In this document: positions 15,830 through 24,158 of the stretch, one piece after another
Position numbering within the stretch: the first letter of the stretch is position 1
Layout: every line of letters begins with the position of its first letter
Assembly (NCBI RefSeq): GCF_016127575.1
Contig: NZ_CP066019.1
Coordinates: 390,001 to 422,000 of the forward strand
From: Cupriavidus necator
GTDB taxonomy: Bacteria; Pseudomonadota; Gammaproteobacteria; Burkholderiales; Burkholderiaceae
Direction of reading: 5' to 3'
DNA: 32,000 nucleotides
Made by a program: the position numbers and the translations under genes
Notes under the pieces: model-generated
Told to the model about the DNA's origin: nothing
Database searches by the model: none
What the model saw: only the letters and a program-made list of their open reading frames with translations

Positions 15830-17251
15830 ATGGAGACGCTTGAGAAGTTCTACATTGCCGGCGGATGGGTGGCGCCGTCGCCCGGCTCGACCCTGGCAGA
15901 AATCGTCAACCCGGCGAGCGAAGCGGTGATCGGCACGCTCGCAATGGGCACGGCGGCAGACGTGGATCGCGCCGTCGCCGCCGCGCGCGCCGCGTTCCCC
16001 GCTTGGTCGGAGTCGGGTCGCGAAGACCGCATTGCGCTGCTTGAGCGCATCATTACCCGCTATCAAGAGCGGCTCGACGACATGGCCCGGGCGGTGCGGC
16101 TGGAAATGGGCGCGCCCGCCACGCTGGCGCGCAACGTACACGCCATGGCGGGCCTGGGACAGTTGCACGCGACGCTGGCGGCGCTGAGGACCTTCGAATT
16201 CGAAACTGCGCGGGGCAAGGGCGTCATACGGCGCGAGGCGATCGGCGTGGCCGCGCTGGTGACGCCCTGGAACTGGCCGCTGAACCAGATCGTGGCGAAG
16301 GTGGCGCCGGCCATTGCGGCGGGCTGCGCCGTGGTGCTGAAGCCATCCGAGATTGCCCCGCTCGATGCGCGTATCTTCGCGGAGATCATGCACGACGCCG
16401 GCACGCCGCCCGGCGTGTTCAACATGCTCTCCGGGACAGGGCAGACCGTGGGAACAGCGTTGTCGTCCCATCCCGACGTGGATGTGGTCTCGTTCACCGG
16501 CTCGACGCGCGCCGGCATCCAGGTGGCCATCAACGCAGCGCCGACCGTCAAGCGTGTGGCGCAGGAGCTGGGCGGGAAGTCGGCACTGGTCATCCTGGAT
16601 GACGCCGACCTCCGCGCCGCCGTCAGCGGCGGCGTGGCGCAGTGCATGGCGAACAGTGGCCAGACCTGCGTGGCGCCGACGCGCATGCTGGTGCCACGCG
16701 AGCGCTATGACGAGGCGGTCGGCATCGCCGCCGCCCTGGCGGATGCCACGAACGTCGGCGATCCGGAAGATCCGGCGACCAGCATGGGGCCGCTGTCGAG
16801 CCGGGCGCAGTACGAGCGGGTCCAGCATCTGATCGCCGTGGGCATGGGGGAGGGCGCGCGCGTTGCGGCGGGAGGCCTGGGGCGGCCTCGGGGCCTGGAA
16901 CGCGGCTTCTTTGCGAGGCCGACCATCTTCGCCGGTGTGCGCAATGACATGGCCATTGCGCGCGAGGAGATCTTCGGGCCGGTGCTTGTCATGATTGCGC
17001 ATGACGGGGACGACCACGCCGTGGCCCTTGCCAACGACTCTCCCTTCGGCCTCGCAGGCTATGTGATGTCGGGCAACGCCGACCGTGCGCGCAAGGTGGC
17101 ACGGCGGCTGCGGGCAGGCATGGTCCGCATCAATGGCGCGCCCCCCGATCTGTCGCTGCCGTTCGGCGGCTACAAGCAGTCCGGCAACGGGCGCGAGTTC
17201 GGGCCGGAAGGCATCGCGGAGTTCCTGGAGACGAAGTCGATCATCGGCTGA
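15830..17251 (+). CDS. NAD(P)+-dependent aldehyde dehydrogenase, 473 aa
   Basis: It starts at ATG 15830 (METLEKFYIAGGWV). The sequence carries VTPWNWPLNQ, FTGSTRAG, ELGGKSA, the catalytic-Cys region NSGQTCVAPTRMLV, and EEIFGPV. The track start at 15212 is an upstream extension through the previous gene. Confidence 0.92.
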   Translation: METLEKFYIAGGWVAPSPGSTLAEIVNPASEAVIGTLAMGTAADVDRAVAAARAAFPAWSESGREDRIALLERIITRYQERLDDMARAVRLEMGAPATLARNVHAMAGLGQLHATLAALRTFEFETARGKGVIRREAIGVAALVTPWNWPLNQIVAKVAPAIAAGCAVVLKPSEIAPLDARIFAEIMHDAGTPPGVFNMLSGTGQTVGTALSSHPDVDVVSFTGSTRAGIQVAINAAPTVKRVAQELGGKSALVILDDADLRAAVSGGVAQCMANSGQTCVAPTRMLVPRERYDEAVGIAAALADATNVGDPEDPATSMGPLSSRAQYERVQHLIAVGMGEGARVAAGGLGRPRGLERGFFARPTIFAGVRNDMAIAREEIFGPVLVMIAHDGDDHAVALANDSPFGLAGYVMSGNADRARKVARRLRAGMVRINGAPPDLSLPFGGYKQSGNGREFGPEGIAEFLETKSIIG

Positions 17252-17362
17252 ATGCCGGGCTTAAGCTCGTTATGGTTTTCCCGCTCCCACCCGGCGAACC
17301 CTTTGCCCGGGGCCGGAGCGTACGTCAAAAATGTCATCACCATCAAGAATCGGAGACAACTC

Positions 17363-18268
17363 ATGCGTACAGCCAGCCCCGAGTCCCCCACTGTGTCCAC
17401 CCCTGCGGTGGTGCGGCCTAACGCCTTGCATGCCTCGTTCACGGTGAGCCGCATCTCGCCGGCGCTGGGCGCCGAGGTCGGCAGTATCGACCTGGCGGCG
17501 CCGCTGGACGATGACACCATTTCCGCGCTTCGCCGCGCGCTGGTCGAACACAAGGTCCTCGTGTTCCGCGACCAGGACATCACGCCGGCGCAGCATGTGG
17601 CCTTGGCGCGCCGGTTCGGCGAGCTGGAAGTCCATCCTGCGTTCCCGCATCACGAGCAATTTCCCGAACTCGTGCTGCTTGGCGGCGATGAGCGCAAGCC
17701 CGCCATGGAAAATGGCTATCACAGCGACGTATCGTGGCGGGAACTGCCGTCGATGGGGTCGATGCTGCGCTGCGCGCAGTGTCCGGAGATTGGCGGCGAT
17801 ACTGTGTGGGTCAATATGGCGCTGGCCTACGAACGTCTGCCTGATCACCGCAAGCAGCAGATCGAGGGCCTGCTGGCCGTGCATGACATCGGGCCGGCGT
17901 TCGGCGACAAGATGACGCCCGAGCAGCAGCGCCAGTTTCCTCCCGTCGCGCATCCAGTCGTGCGCACGCACCCGGAGAGCGGGGAGAAGATCCTCTACGT
18001 GAATTCAGGGTTTGTTACGCACTTCGCCAATTTCAAATCGCGCAATCCGCTGCGTGGTGCGTTCGAGTCGCAGTCGGAAAAGCAGGACCTGCTCGACTAC
18101 CTGTTCCGCCAGCCCGCGATTCTGGAGTACCAGATGCGCCTGCGCTGGCGCCCCAACACCATCGCCTTCTGGGACAACCGCTCGACCCAGCATTACGCGA
18201 TCCAGGACTACTTTCCGGCTGTGCGCCGCATGATGCGAGCGACCATCATCGGCGACCGGCCTGTCTGA
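17363..18268 (+). CDS. TauD/TfdA-family Fe(II)/2-oxoglutarate dioxygenase (taurine dioxygenase / AtsK alkylsulfatase-like)
   Basis: ATG 17363 lies 6 nt after CGGAGA. The sequence carries HKVLVFRDQDITPAQHVALARRFGEL, YHSDVSW (HxD), GGDTVWVN, HPVVRTHPESGEK and FWDNRSTQHYAIQDY. Confidence 0.88.
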   Translation: MRTASPESPTVSTPAVVRPNALHASFTVSRISPALGAEVGSIDLAAPLDDDTISALRRALVEHKVLVFRDQDITPAQHVALARRFGELEVHPAFPHHEQFPELVLLGGDERKPAMENGYHSDVSWRELPSMGSMLRCAQCPEIGGDTVWVNMALAYERLPDHRKQQIEGLLAVHDIGPAFGDKMTPEQQRQFPPVAHPVVRTHPESGEKILYVNSGFVTHFANFKSRNPLRGAFESQSEKQDLLDYLFRQPAILEYQMRLRWRPNTIAFWDNRSTQHYAIQDYFPAVRRMMRATIIGDRPV

Positions 18269-18449
18269 TCGACGTTCCCAACACCGCGCGGCTCGCTGGA
18301 TTTCATTGCACGCTCTCGGCCTGAGATCACCAGGAAACGCACGAACTGCAAGTGCACGGGCCCGACAGTCCAGGACTTGGTCGGCGGACAGATATAGACG
18401 GCTTGCGCGATGCCTCTTGGGCTGCATTGGGCGAACTCGGCCGCTCCTG

Positions 18450-19017
18450 AGGTATGGGTGATGGCTGCTTGTGGCCGGGAAGCGATTTCCGTCGGCCGGA
18501 GGCGGTCGGCCCTTACTGGGCCAAGGCGCGGCGATAAGGCACGATAACGGGGCCTTATCGCGTCGTCGGTTGCGGCAAGTCCAAGCCCGGGCTGGTCGTC
18601 GCACATTGTTCACCGGAGGAGAGCGGCCAAGCGTGCGGCCTTGGTCAAGGCATAGCGCCGTGGCACTTCTGGCACGGCTGCTCCTATCCGGCGTTGCGTT
18701 GATTGGAAAGCCCTGGGGTGGAATTTGGTCGCTGAGGCCGGCCCGTCAAACTCGAGGTGTCATCGTCTGCCTGGACAGCAACCGGCACTTCATCGTGAAC
18801 TACGGTGACCGCTGTCGGCATGGGGAGCACATTGCAAGGTTTCGTCGAGTCGGCCGTCAACCAAGTGGTGAGCAGGCGCTTCGTCAAACGACAGCAGATG
18901 GCTTGGCGGCCTCGGCGCGCGCACAACCTGCCATAAATCCGGATGGCCGTGCTCAATGACCAGTTGCGATCGCACGTTGAGCGACGGTATCCATCTATTG
19001 CCGCAGAAGAACAACAT
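18450..19017 (+). mobile_element. degraded 3' portion of a DDE transposase gene (ISKra4/ISNCY-like by recollection); at least two frameshifts and one in-frame stop
   Basis: Family-like strings appear in three different forward frames:
- GDGCLWPGSDFRRPEAVGPYW (about 18455)
- PWHFWHG (about 18658)
- HFIVNYGDRCRHGE (about 18787)
- STLQGFVESAVNQVVSRRFVKRQQMAWRPRRAHNLP*IRMAVLNDQLRSHVERRYP (18826-18990, TAA at 18934-18936)
No N-terminal half is present upstream. Confidence 0.5.
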
Positions 19018-19104
19018 CGCCTTGCCGCTTGATTAGCCCCGATTTTGCGTCTCCGTATCGGACCGGCGAGGCTGACGCTTCGTGGGGAGGCTAGGAGCGA
19101 TCCC

Positions 19105-19149
19105 ATGCTCACAACCGTGATAATGTTCGTCGCCACCACCCTCCTGTGA
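19105..19149 (+). CDS. possible 14-codon hydrophobic upstream ORF (MLTTVIMFVATTLL) coupled to the VOC gene
   Basis: ATG 19105 lies 7 nt after AGGAG (19093-19097). Its TGA (19147-19149) overlaps GTG 19146 of the next ORF as GTGA. Confidence 0.25.
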   Translation: MLTTVIMFVATTLL

Positions 19150-19556
19150 GACGCAAAGTGATTTCGCACATTTTTCTTGGCGTTAACGACTTCGATCGTG
19201 CTTTTGAGTTTTATTCGGCGTTGATGCATGAACTAGGACACAACCTCAAATTCTGCGAGCGCGACACGCCATGGGCAGGGTGGATGGCAACGGACGCACC
19301 GCGGCCGCTGTTCCTTATTGGCAAGCCATATGACGGCAATGCTGCGCGAGGTGGGAATGGTCAAATGGTGGCATTGCTTGCGCGTGATCGGCAGACCGTT
19401 GACCAGGCATACGCCCGCGCGCTCGCAAACGGAGCAAATTGCGAAGGCGCTCCTGGCCTAAGAGCCCAGTATCACCCTCACTACTACGGCGCATACTTCC
19501 GAGATGCTGATGGAAACAAGCTTTGCGTATGCTGCCATCACCCGGTGTCGGTTTAG
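19146..19556 (+). CDS. VOC-family protein (glyoxalase / bleomycin-resistance / dioxygenase fold)
   Basis: Track ORF of 136 aa containing ISHIFLGVNDFDRAFEFYSALM and ...YYGAYFRDADGNKLCV. The start is GTG 19146 or GTG 19158. No SD of its own is visible. Confidence 0.8.
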   Translation: MRRKVISHIFLGVNDFDRAFEFYSALMHELGHNLKFCERDTPWAGWMATDAPRPLFLIGKPYDGNAARGGNGQMVALLARDRQTVDQAYARALANGANCEGAPGLRAQYHPHYYGAYFRDADGNKLCVCCHHPVSV

Positions 19557-19801
19557 CGTTATCGATTTAGCACTGACCTGCCTCTGCGCCTGTCGACGCG
19601 GCCCTCACCTCAGATGGCCGTCGACGCGCTGGCGCGGGCAACGGAAGCCGGTCGATGCCATGCAGCGCAGGAAGTCGACAAACGCGGCTGGACTGAGATA
19701 GTTGTCATCCGAGCCATCCGTCCGGTCAAGGAAACGATGGGCGCCTGCGATCCCAGCAGGACACTCGATTATGGCGCACGACCCTCGCCCCGTTTGTGAC
19801 G

Positions 19802-20710
19802 CTACTGGTGGGATGCTGAGGCGATCTTTTGAGAAAAAAACTTCACGAAAGCCTCGACCTTCCTCGGGTGATTGCGAGGTTTCGGAAACACCGCATATAT
19901 TCCCGGCTGCTCAGATGCACCAATCTCGTCGTACTCTTCCAGCAGCCGAATCAAGCCGCCGCTGAGCAAGTCCTGCTCGACAAGCCAGTCGGGCTGCCGG
20001 GTGATTCCCTTGCCTGCTTTGGCCCATGCAATCAGCGCATGCGATTCGTTACTCGAAAATGCCCCATCTACCGGAATTGCCATAGTTGTGCCGTCCACCT
20101 GGTACTGCCAAGATGAGGAATGCGGTTCATGGCGGTAAATCAGGCACTGATGTCGTGCCAGTTCGGTCGGATGCCGGGGGGCGCCATGAGATGCCAGATA
20201 GCCGGGACTGGCGCATGTTACGCGGCGGTACGTGCTGAGGCATCGAGCCGAGAAAGCGGAATCCCCGGGTCGCCCCGCCCGCAGGGCGAGATCGAAGCCG
20301 TTGGCCACAAGGTCGACAATCCGGTCGCTAACCTGGAGATCGAGGCTGATTCTCGGGAAGCGTGCCGTGAACTCATCCAGATGCGGGTACACAAAGGTCA
20401 GCGCCACGCCCAGCGGTAATGTGACGCGTAACTCACCCCTTGGTTCCGACGCAAGGCGCCGGACCGCATCTTCCGCTTCATGCGACTGTTCAATGATGCG
20501 CTTCGCGTGTTTGTACCAGAGCCTGCCTGCCTCGGTCACGGCGATGCGACGCGTCGTCCGGTCGAGCAGGCGCGCGCCAAGCCGTTTTTCTATTCGGGCT
20601 AGTGCGCCGGTCACCGTCGCAGGCGCGAGTCCGAGGACCCGGGCTGCCTGCGCCATGCTCCCCGAGTCCACGATCTGGCAGAACACCTGCATGCTGAACA
20701 GCTGATCCAT
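19802..20710 (-). CDS. LysR-family transcriptional regulator (complete)
   Basis: Track ORF of 302 aa. The N-terminal HTH is MQVFCQIVDSGSMAQAARVLGLAPATVTGALARIEKRLGARLLDRTTRRIAVTEAG, followed by a LysR substrate-binding domain. Confidence 0.9.
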   Translation of the reverse strand: MDQLFSMQVFCQIVDSGSMAQAARVLGLAPATVTGALARIEKRLGARLLDRTTRRIAVTEAGRLWYKHAKRIIEQSHEAEDAVRRLASEPRGELRVTLPLGVALTFVYPHLDEFTARFPRISLDLQVSDRIVDLVANGFDLALRAGRPGDSAFSARCLSTYRRVTCASPGYLASHGAPRHPTELARHQCLIYRHEPHSSSWQYQVDGTTMAIPVDGAFSSNESHALIAWAKAGKGITRQPDWLVEQDLLSGGLIRLLEEYDEIGASEQPGIYAVFPKPRNHPRKVEAFVKFFSQKIASASHQ

Positions 20711-20728
20711 CGTCGATTATTCGTAAAT

Positions 20729-20747
20729 CATGAAGAATCCATTCATG
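20729..20747. promoter_or_regulatory. inverted repeat CATGAA-N7-TTCATG in the LysR / GFA divergent region (candidate LysR site)
   Basis: Read directly. It lies 19 nt upstream of the LysR start codon and about 80 nt upstream of the GFA gene. Confidence 0.35.
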
Positions 20748-20829
20748 GGCGGCTACTTTATCAAAATTTCCGCACACCCTACGATCTTCTCCAATTTAGC
20801 ATTCATCGCAACACTTCCTGGAGAAGCCC

Positions 20830-21225
20830 ATGACCCAGCACGGCAGTTGTCTCTGCGGACACGTCAAATACCGAATCCACGGCCCGCTAACCGACGTCCT
20901 GAATTGTCATTGTTCGATGTGCCGAAAGCTTCATGCCTCGGCCTTCCGCACGAGAGCCAAGGTGGCGATTAGGGATTGGGAATGGGTATCCGGGCAGAAC
21001 ACCGTCAAGTTTTACGAGTCCTCGCCTGGCGAGCACAAGGGATTTTGCAGCGAATGTGGCTCAAGCATATTGACGCGATTTGACAGCAATCCCGATGTAA
21101 TCGGATTCCCGCTCGGTACGCTTGATAGCGATCCCGGCGTGAAGGCCGAGCGCCATGTTTTTGTCGGCAGCAAGGCGTCGTGGTATGACATCACCGATAC
21201 GCTTCTGCAGCACAAGGAATACTGA
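20830..21225 (+). CDS. GFA-family (CENP-V / glutathione-dependent formaldehyde-activating enzyme-like) zinc protein
   Basis: Track ORF of 131 aa with Cys clusters GSCLCGHVKY, CHCSMCRK and FCSECGS. Confidence 0.85.
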   Translation: MTQHGSCLCGHVKYRIHGPLTDVLNCHCSMCRKLHASAFRTRAKVAIRDWEWVSGQNTVKFYESSPGEHKGFCSECGSSILTRFDSNPDVIGFPLGTLDSDPGVKAERHVFVGSKASWYDITDTLLQHKEY

Positions 21226-21368
21226 GGCCAGTCGGAACGCAGTACACATACAAGGGAAATATCACGAATAAGAAGCTTAAAATAAAGACTAGTGGAAAGC
21301 CACAACAATGCCAGTCTCATCGGCTAGCCCTCAGCTCACCACTTTGCTATGTCTTTTGACAGGTGGTC

Positions 21369-22352
21369 TTACTCAACCCAAGTTCGCGCGCCCACGTCCT
21401 GGAATTGGCGTCGATATGCCAAAGGTGTCGAACCCACGATCTGCCGAAACCGCCTGGCAAAGTTATTTGGTTCACCGAATCCCGTGCTTTGCCCGATTTC
21501 TGCGGCCGAGGCGGATGTGAAAGCCAGCAAAGTCTTTGCCCGCTCGATCCGCCTTTCAGTCACGATCTCCAGAAAGGTCTTTCCGGTTTCACTCTTCAGC
21601 AGGTGGGCCAGGTGTGTTGCTGATACATGACTGGCCTGCGCAGCGTCGCCCAAGGTCAGTTCCCGCGAAAGGTTTTGGGTGATATACCGAATGCAGCGCA
21701 GCACGGACTGCTTGTACGACTGCAGCAACATCCCGTTGCTCTCGCAAAGACGAATCTTGTCACCGTGGCGTCGCCACACCATGCCAATCAGGTTTAGCAA
21801 GTGGCTGCGGATCAGCAAGTTGCTGGCCGTATCGTCACTGGGCGATTGCTGGGATTCTTGCGCCATGCGCTCGCATAGCTCCTGAAGGTACTCGGTGTCC
21901 AGTTCATCGAACTGAAAATCCAGACAATGCTGAAAGCGGAAGGGACCAAGCTCTGGCGCGCGCGCGAGCGGCACTTCCGACAACTCGAAGACATCAAGGT
22001 TAAGCGACGGTAGCAGATACTCTTTGCTGATGTTGATTACGTGGAACTTGCCGTCCGCTACGTTCGGAATGTAGTGAACCAGAAACGGCAGGACGAAGCT
22101 TACGGTGCCGGGGCGAATGGGCCGCTGCTGGCCCCCAATGTAGTGAGTGGTTTCGCCTAGTGTGTTGACGTAAATCTGGAAGTACTCGTGACGGTGCGGC
22201 ACCGGGTTCGGCAGACAGTTGCTCTGATCGTGGATGCCAAAGTAGGCGCTCTGCGCCCGGGCCGCCATGGTGTAGTTCCGGATGACAGCACCCTTCTCGC
22301 CGTCGTGGTGGAGGGGCAGCAGCGGGTCGTTCGAGGGCTTCGCTCGGTGCAT
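21369..22352 (-). CDS. AraC-family transcriptional regulator with N-terminal cupin-like domain
   Basis: The cupin part is HRHEYFQIYVNTLGETTHYIGG. The C-terminal HTH is TLGDAAQASHVSATHLAHLLKSETGKTFLEIVTERRIERAKTLL...IGQSTGFGEPNNFARRFRQIVGSTPLAYRR. The start is uncertain: ATG 22352 is chosen, the track uses TTG 22400, and the later MAARAQ Met is also possible. Confidence 0.78.
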   Translation of the reverse strand: MHRAKPSNDPLLPLHHDGEKGAVIRNYTMAARAQSAYFGIHDQSNCLPNPVPHRHEYFQIYVNTLGETTHYIGGQQRPIRPGTVSFVLPFLVHYIPNVADGKFHVINISKEYLLPSLNLDVFELSEVPLARAPELGPFRFQHCLDFQFDELDTEYLQELCERMAQESQQSPSDDTASNLLIRSHLLNLIGMVWRRHGDKIRLCESNGMLLQSYKQSVLRCIRYITQNLSRELTLGDAAQASHVSATHLAHLLKSETGKTFLEIVTERRIERAKTLLAFTSASAAEIGQSTGFGEPNNFARRFRQIVGSTPLAYRRQFQDVGARTWVE

Positions 22353-22479
22353 GGAAACGTGGGGGGCAAAGGATCGTAAGGATTGCGCATCTTTTCGCAA
22401 GCCTGTGCGTTGAGGCCGAACGACCGCGTCTCTAAACTCTAGCCACTCCGTTCAATAATCTTACACAGAGACAATCCTT

Positions 22480-23193
22480 ATGCCTAGAGCCAGTGCGGAC
22501 AGCGTCGTGCAATCGACCAAGGTCCTGAGCGTTACCCCCGCCTTCATTGATATCGTTGGCAGCGATCAACGCTTCCCGGTGCGGCGCGTCTATTGCGTGG
22601 GGCGCAACTACCTTGCCCATATCCGGGAAATGGGGGAGGGTGACGAACGCGACCCCCCATTCTTCTTCCAGAAGCCGGCCGATGCCATTGTGACCGATGG
22701 CCGCGTCCCCTATCCGACGTTTACTGATGACTTTCAGTTCGAGTTTGAACTCGTCGTTGCCATCGGCCGTGAAGCGACGGAAGTGCCGCCGGACACTGCA
22801 CTGGATCATGTCTTTGGCTATGCCGCAGGGCTTGACATGACGCGGCGGGACCGCCAACGCGAATGCAACAAGCGCGGCCTGCCGTGGGAGCTGGGCAAGT
22901 CATTCGACCATTCGGCGCCATGCGGTCCCATCCATCCCGTGGCGAAGGTCGGCCATCTCCGTTCGGGCGCACTGAGCCTGGCGGTAAACGGTGACGTACG
23001 ACAGCACTCGGTCCTGGAGAAGATGATCTGGAACGTCCATGAAATCGTCAGCGAGCTGTCCAGGCAGTATCGCCTGCTTCCTGGCGACCTGATCTTTACC
23101 GGCACGCCAGAAGGCGTTGGTCCGGTGCAGCGCGGTGACAGGTTGATCGGCCGTATTGAAGGACTCGACCCCTTGCAGGTCGAGATCGTCTGA
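22480..23193 (+). CDS. fumarylacetoacetate hydrolase (FAH) family protein
   Basis: Track ORF of 237 aa containing FPVRRVYCVGRNYLAHIREMGEGDERDPPFFFQKPADAIV, ...ELVVAIG... and ...PGDLIFTGTPEGVGPV. Confidence 0.85.
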   Translation: MPRASADSVVQSTKVLSVTPAFIDIVGSDQRFPVRRVYCVGRNYLAHIREMGEGDERDPPFFFQKPADAIVTDGRVPYPTFTDDFQFEFELVVAIGREATEVPPDTALDHVFGYAAGLDMTRRDRQRECNKRGLPWELGKSFDHSAPCGPIHPVAKVGHLRSGALSLAVNGDVRQHSVLEKMIWNVHEIVSELSRQYRLLPGDLIFTGTPEGVGPVQRGDRLIGRIEGLDPLQVEIV

Positions 23194-23217
23194 GTCCCGG
23201 GTCAAAGGAAACACGCC

Positions 23218-24096
23218 ATGAAACCACTCGAACGCATCTCATTTTCGGCCATTTCCGAGCGTCCCGCCCTGACGCTGCCGGCTGGCAAGCGCCTGGCCGT
23301 TTGGGTCATCGTCAATGTTGAGGAATGGGATATCAACGAGACCATGCCGCGCACGGTTCTCACGCCTCCGGCGGGCGGTTCGCCGATGCCAGACATCCCG
23401 AACTGGGCCTGGCACGAGTACGGCAACCGCGTCGGCTTTTGGCGCATGCTGGACGTCATTGACGAGCTTGGGATCAATGCAACGCTCGCCATCAACGGCG
23501 CCGCCATCGATGCCTACGAGCCTATCGCCAAGGCGGCGAAGGCGCGTAACTGGGAGTTCATCGGCCATGGCTTTGGGCAGCGCAACATGCAGAAGGTGCC
23601 CGACGAAGCGGTCGACATCGCAAAGACCACCGAGGCCATTCGCGCCTACACCGGGAAGCGCCCCCGCGGCTGGCTCGGACCGGGGCTCACCGAGACCTGG
23701 AATACACCCGACATCCTCGCGGAGCAAGGCTACGAGTACGTGTGCGACTGGGTGCTCGACGATCAGCCCGTGGAACTGAGGACGCGAGATGGCGGCTGTA
23801 TCGTGAACGTGCCCTACACACAGGAGTGCAACGATGTAGCGATGATGCTGATCCAGCATCACAAGGCCAGCGAGTATCGCGACCGCGCTATCGACCAGTT
23901 CGAGCAACTCTACGCCGATGCGAAGGACTCAGCCCGCGTGATGGCGCTGGTCGTGCATCCGTACATCATGGGCGCGCCACACCGCCTGCGCTATTTCCGG
24001 GAGGCGCTGGCGCACATTCGGGCACACGACGACGTTGCCTTCCTGACGGGAGAACAGATCCTCGATTGGTATAAGGCAGCGCGCGCGGCCTCATAG
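23218..24096 (+). CDS. polysaccharide-deacetylase (CE4) family protein, PuuE-allantoinase-like
   Basis: Track ORF of 292 aa with AAGGAAA upstream. The sequence includes VWVIVNVEEWD, ...NWAWHEYGNRVGFWR..., ...FIGHGF... and ...VHPYIMGAPHRLRYF. The family call is from recollection. Confidence 0.75.
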   Translation: MKPLERISFSAISERPALTLPAGKRLAVWVIVNVEEWDINETMPRTVLTPPAGGSPMPDIPNWAWHEYGNRVGFWRMLDVIDELGINATLAINGAAIDAYEPIAKAAKARNWEFIGHGFGQRNMQKVPDEAVDIAKTTEAIRAYTGKRPRGWLGPGLTETWNTPDILAEQGYEYVCDWVLDDQPVELRTRDGGCIVNVPYTQECNDVAMMLIQHHKASEYRDRAIDQFEQLYADAKDSARVMALVVHPYIMGAPHRLRYFREALAHIRAHDDVAFLTGEQILDWYKAARAAS

Positions 24097-24158
24097 CCGG
24101 ATCCGTACATCGCCAGAAACTCGAACAAATCTCTCGCTTGACGAGAAGGAGACAACAC

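Noticed and set aside
13703-17017. Minus-strand ORFs 13703-15400 (565 aa), 14832-15797 (321 aa) and 15599-17017 (472 aa)
   Set aside because: They are antisense to the Bug, crotonase and aldehyde-dehydrogenase genes, all of which have strong family motifs and SD sequences. These are high-GC shadow ORFs.
18684-19229. 181-aa minus-strand ORF
   Set aside because: It is antisense to the transposase relic and to the VOC gene start, and it has no motifs.
19605-19801. Minus-strand open frame ...CAIIECPAGIAGAHRFLDRTDGSDDNYLSPAAFVDFLRCMASTGFRCPRQRVDGHLR* between the VOC and LysR genes
   Set aside because: G/C-rich third positions and a faint resemblance to alpha/beta- or dienelactone-hydrolase C-termini suggest a gene remnant. 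There is no start codon, it runs into the LysR 3' end, and the similarity is too weak to assert without BLASTX.
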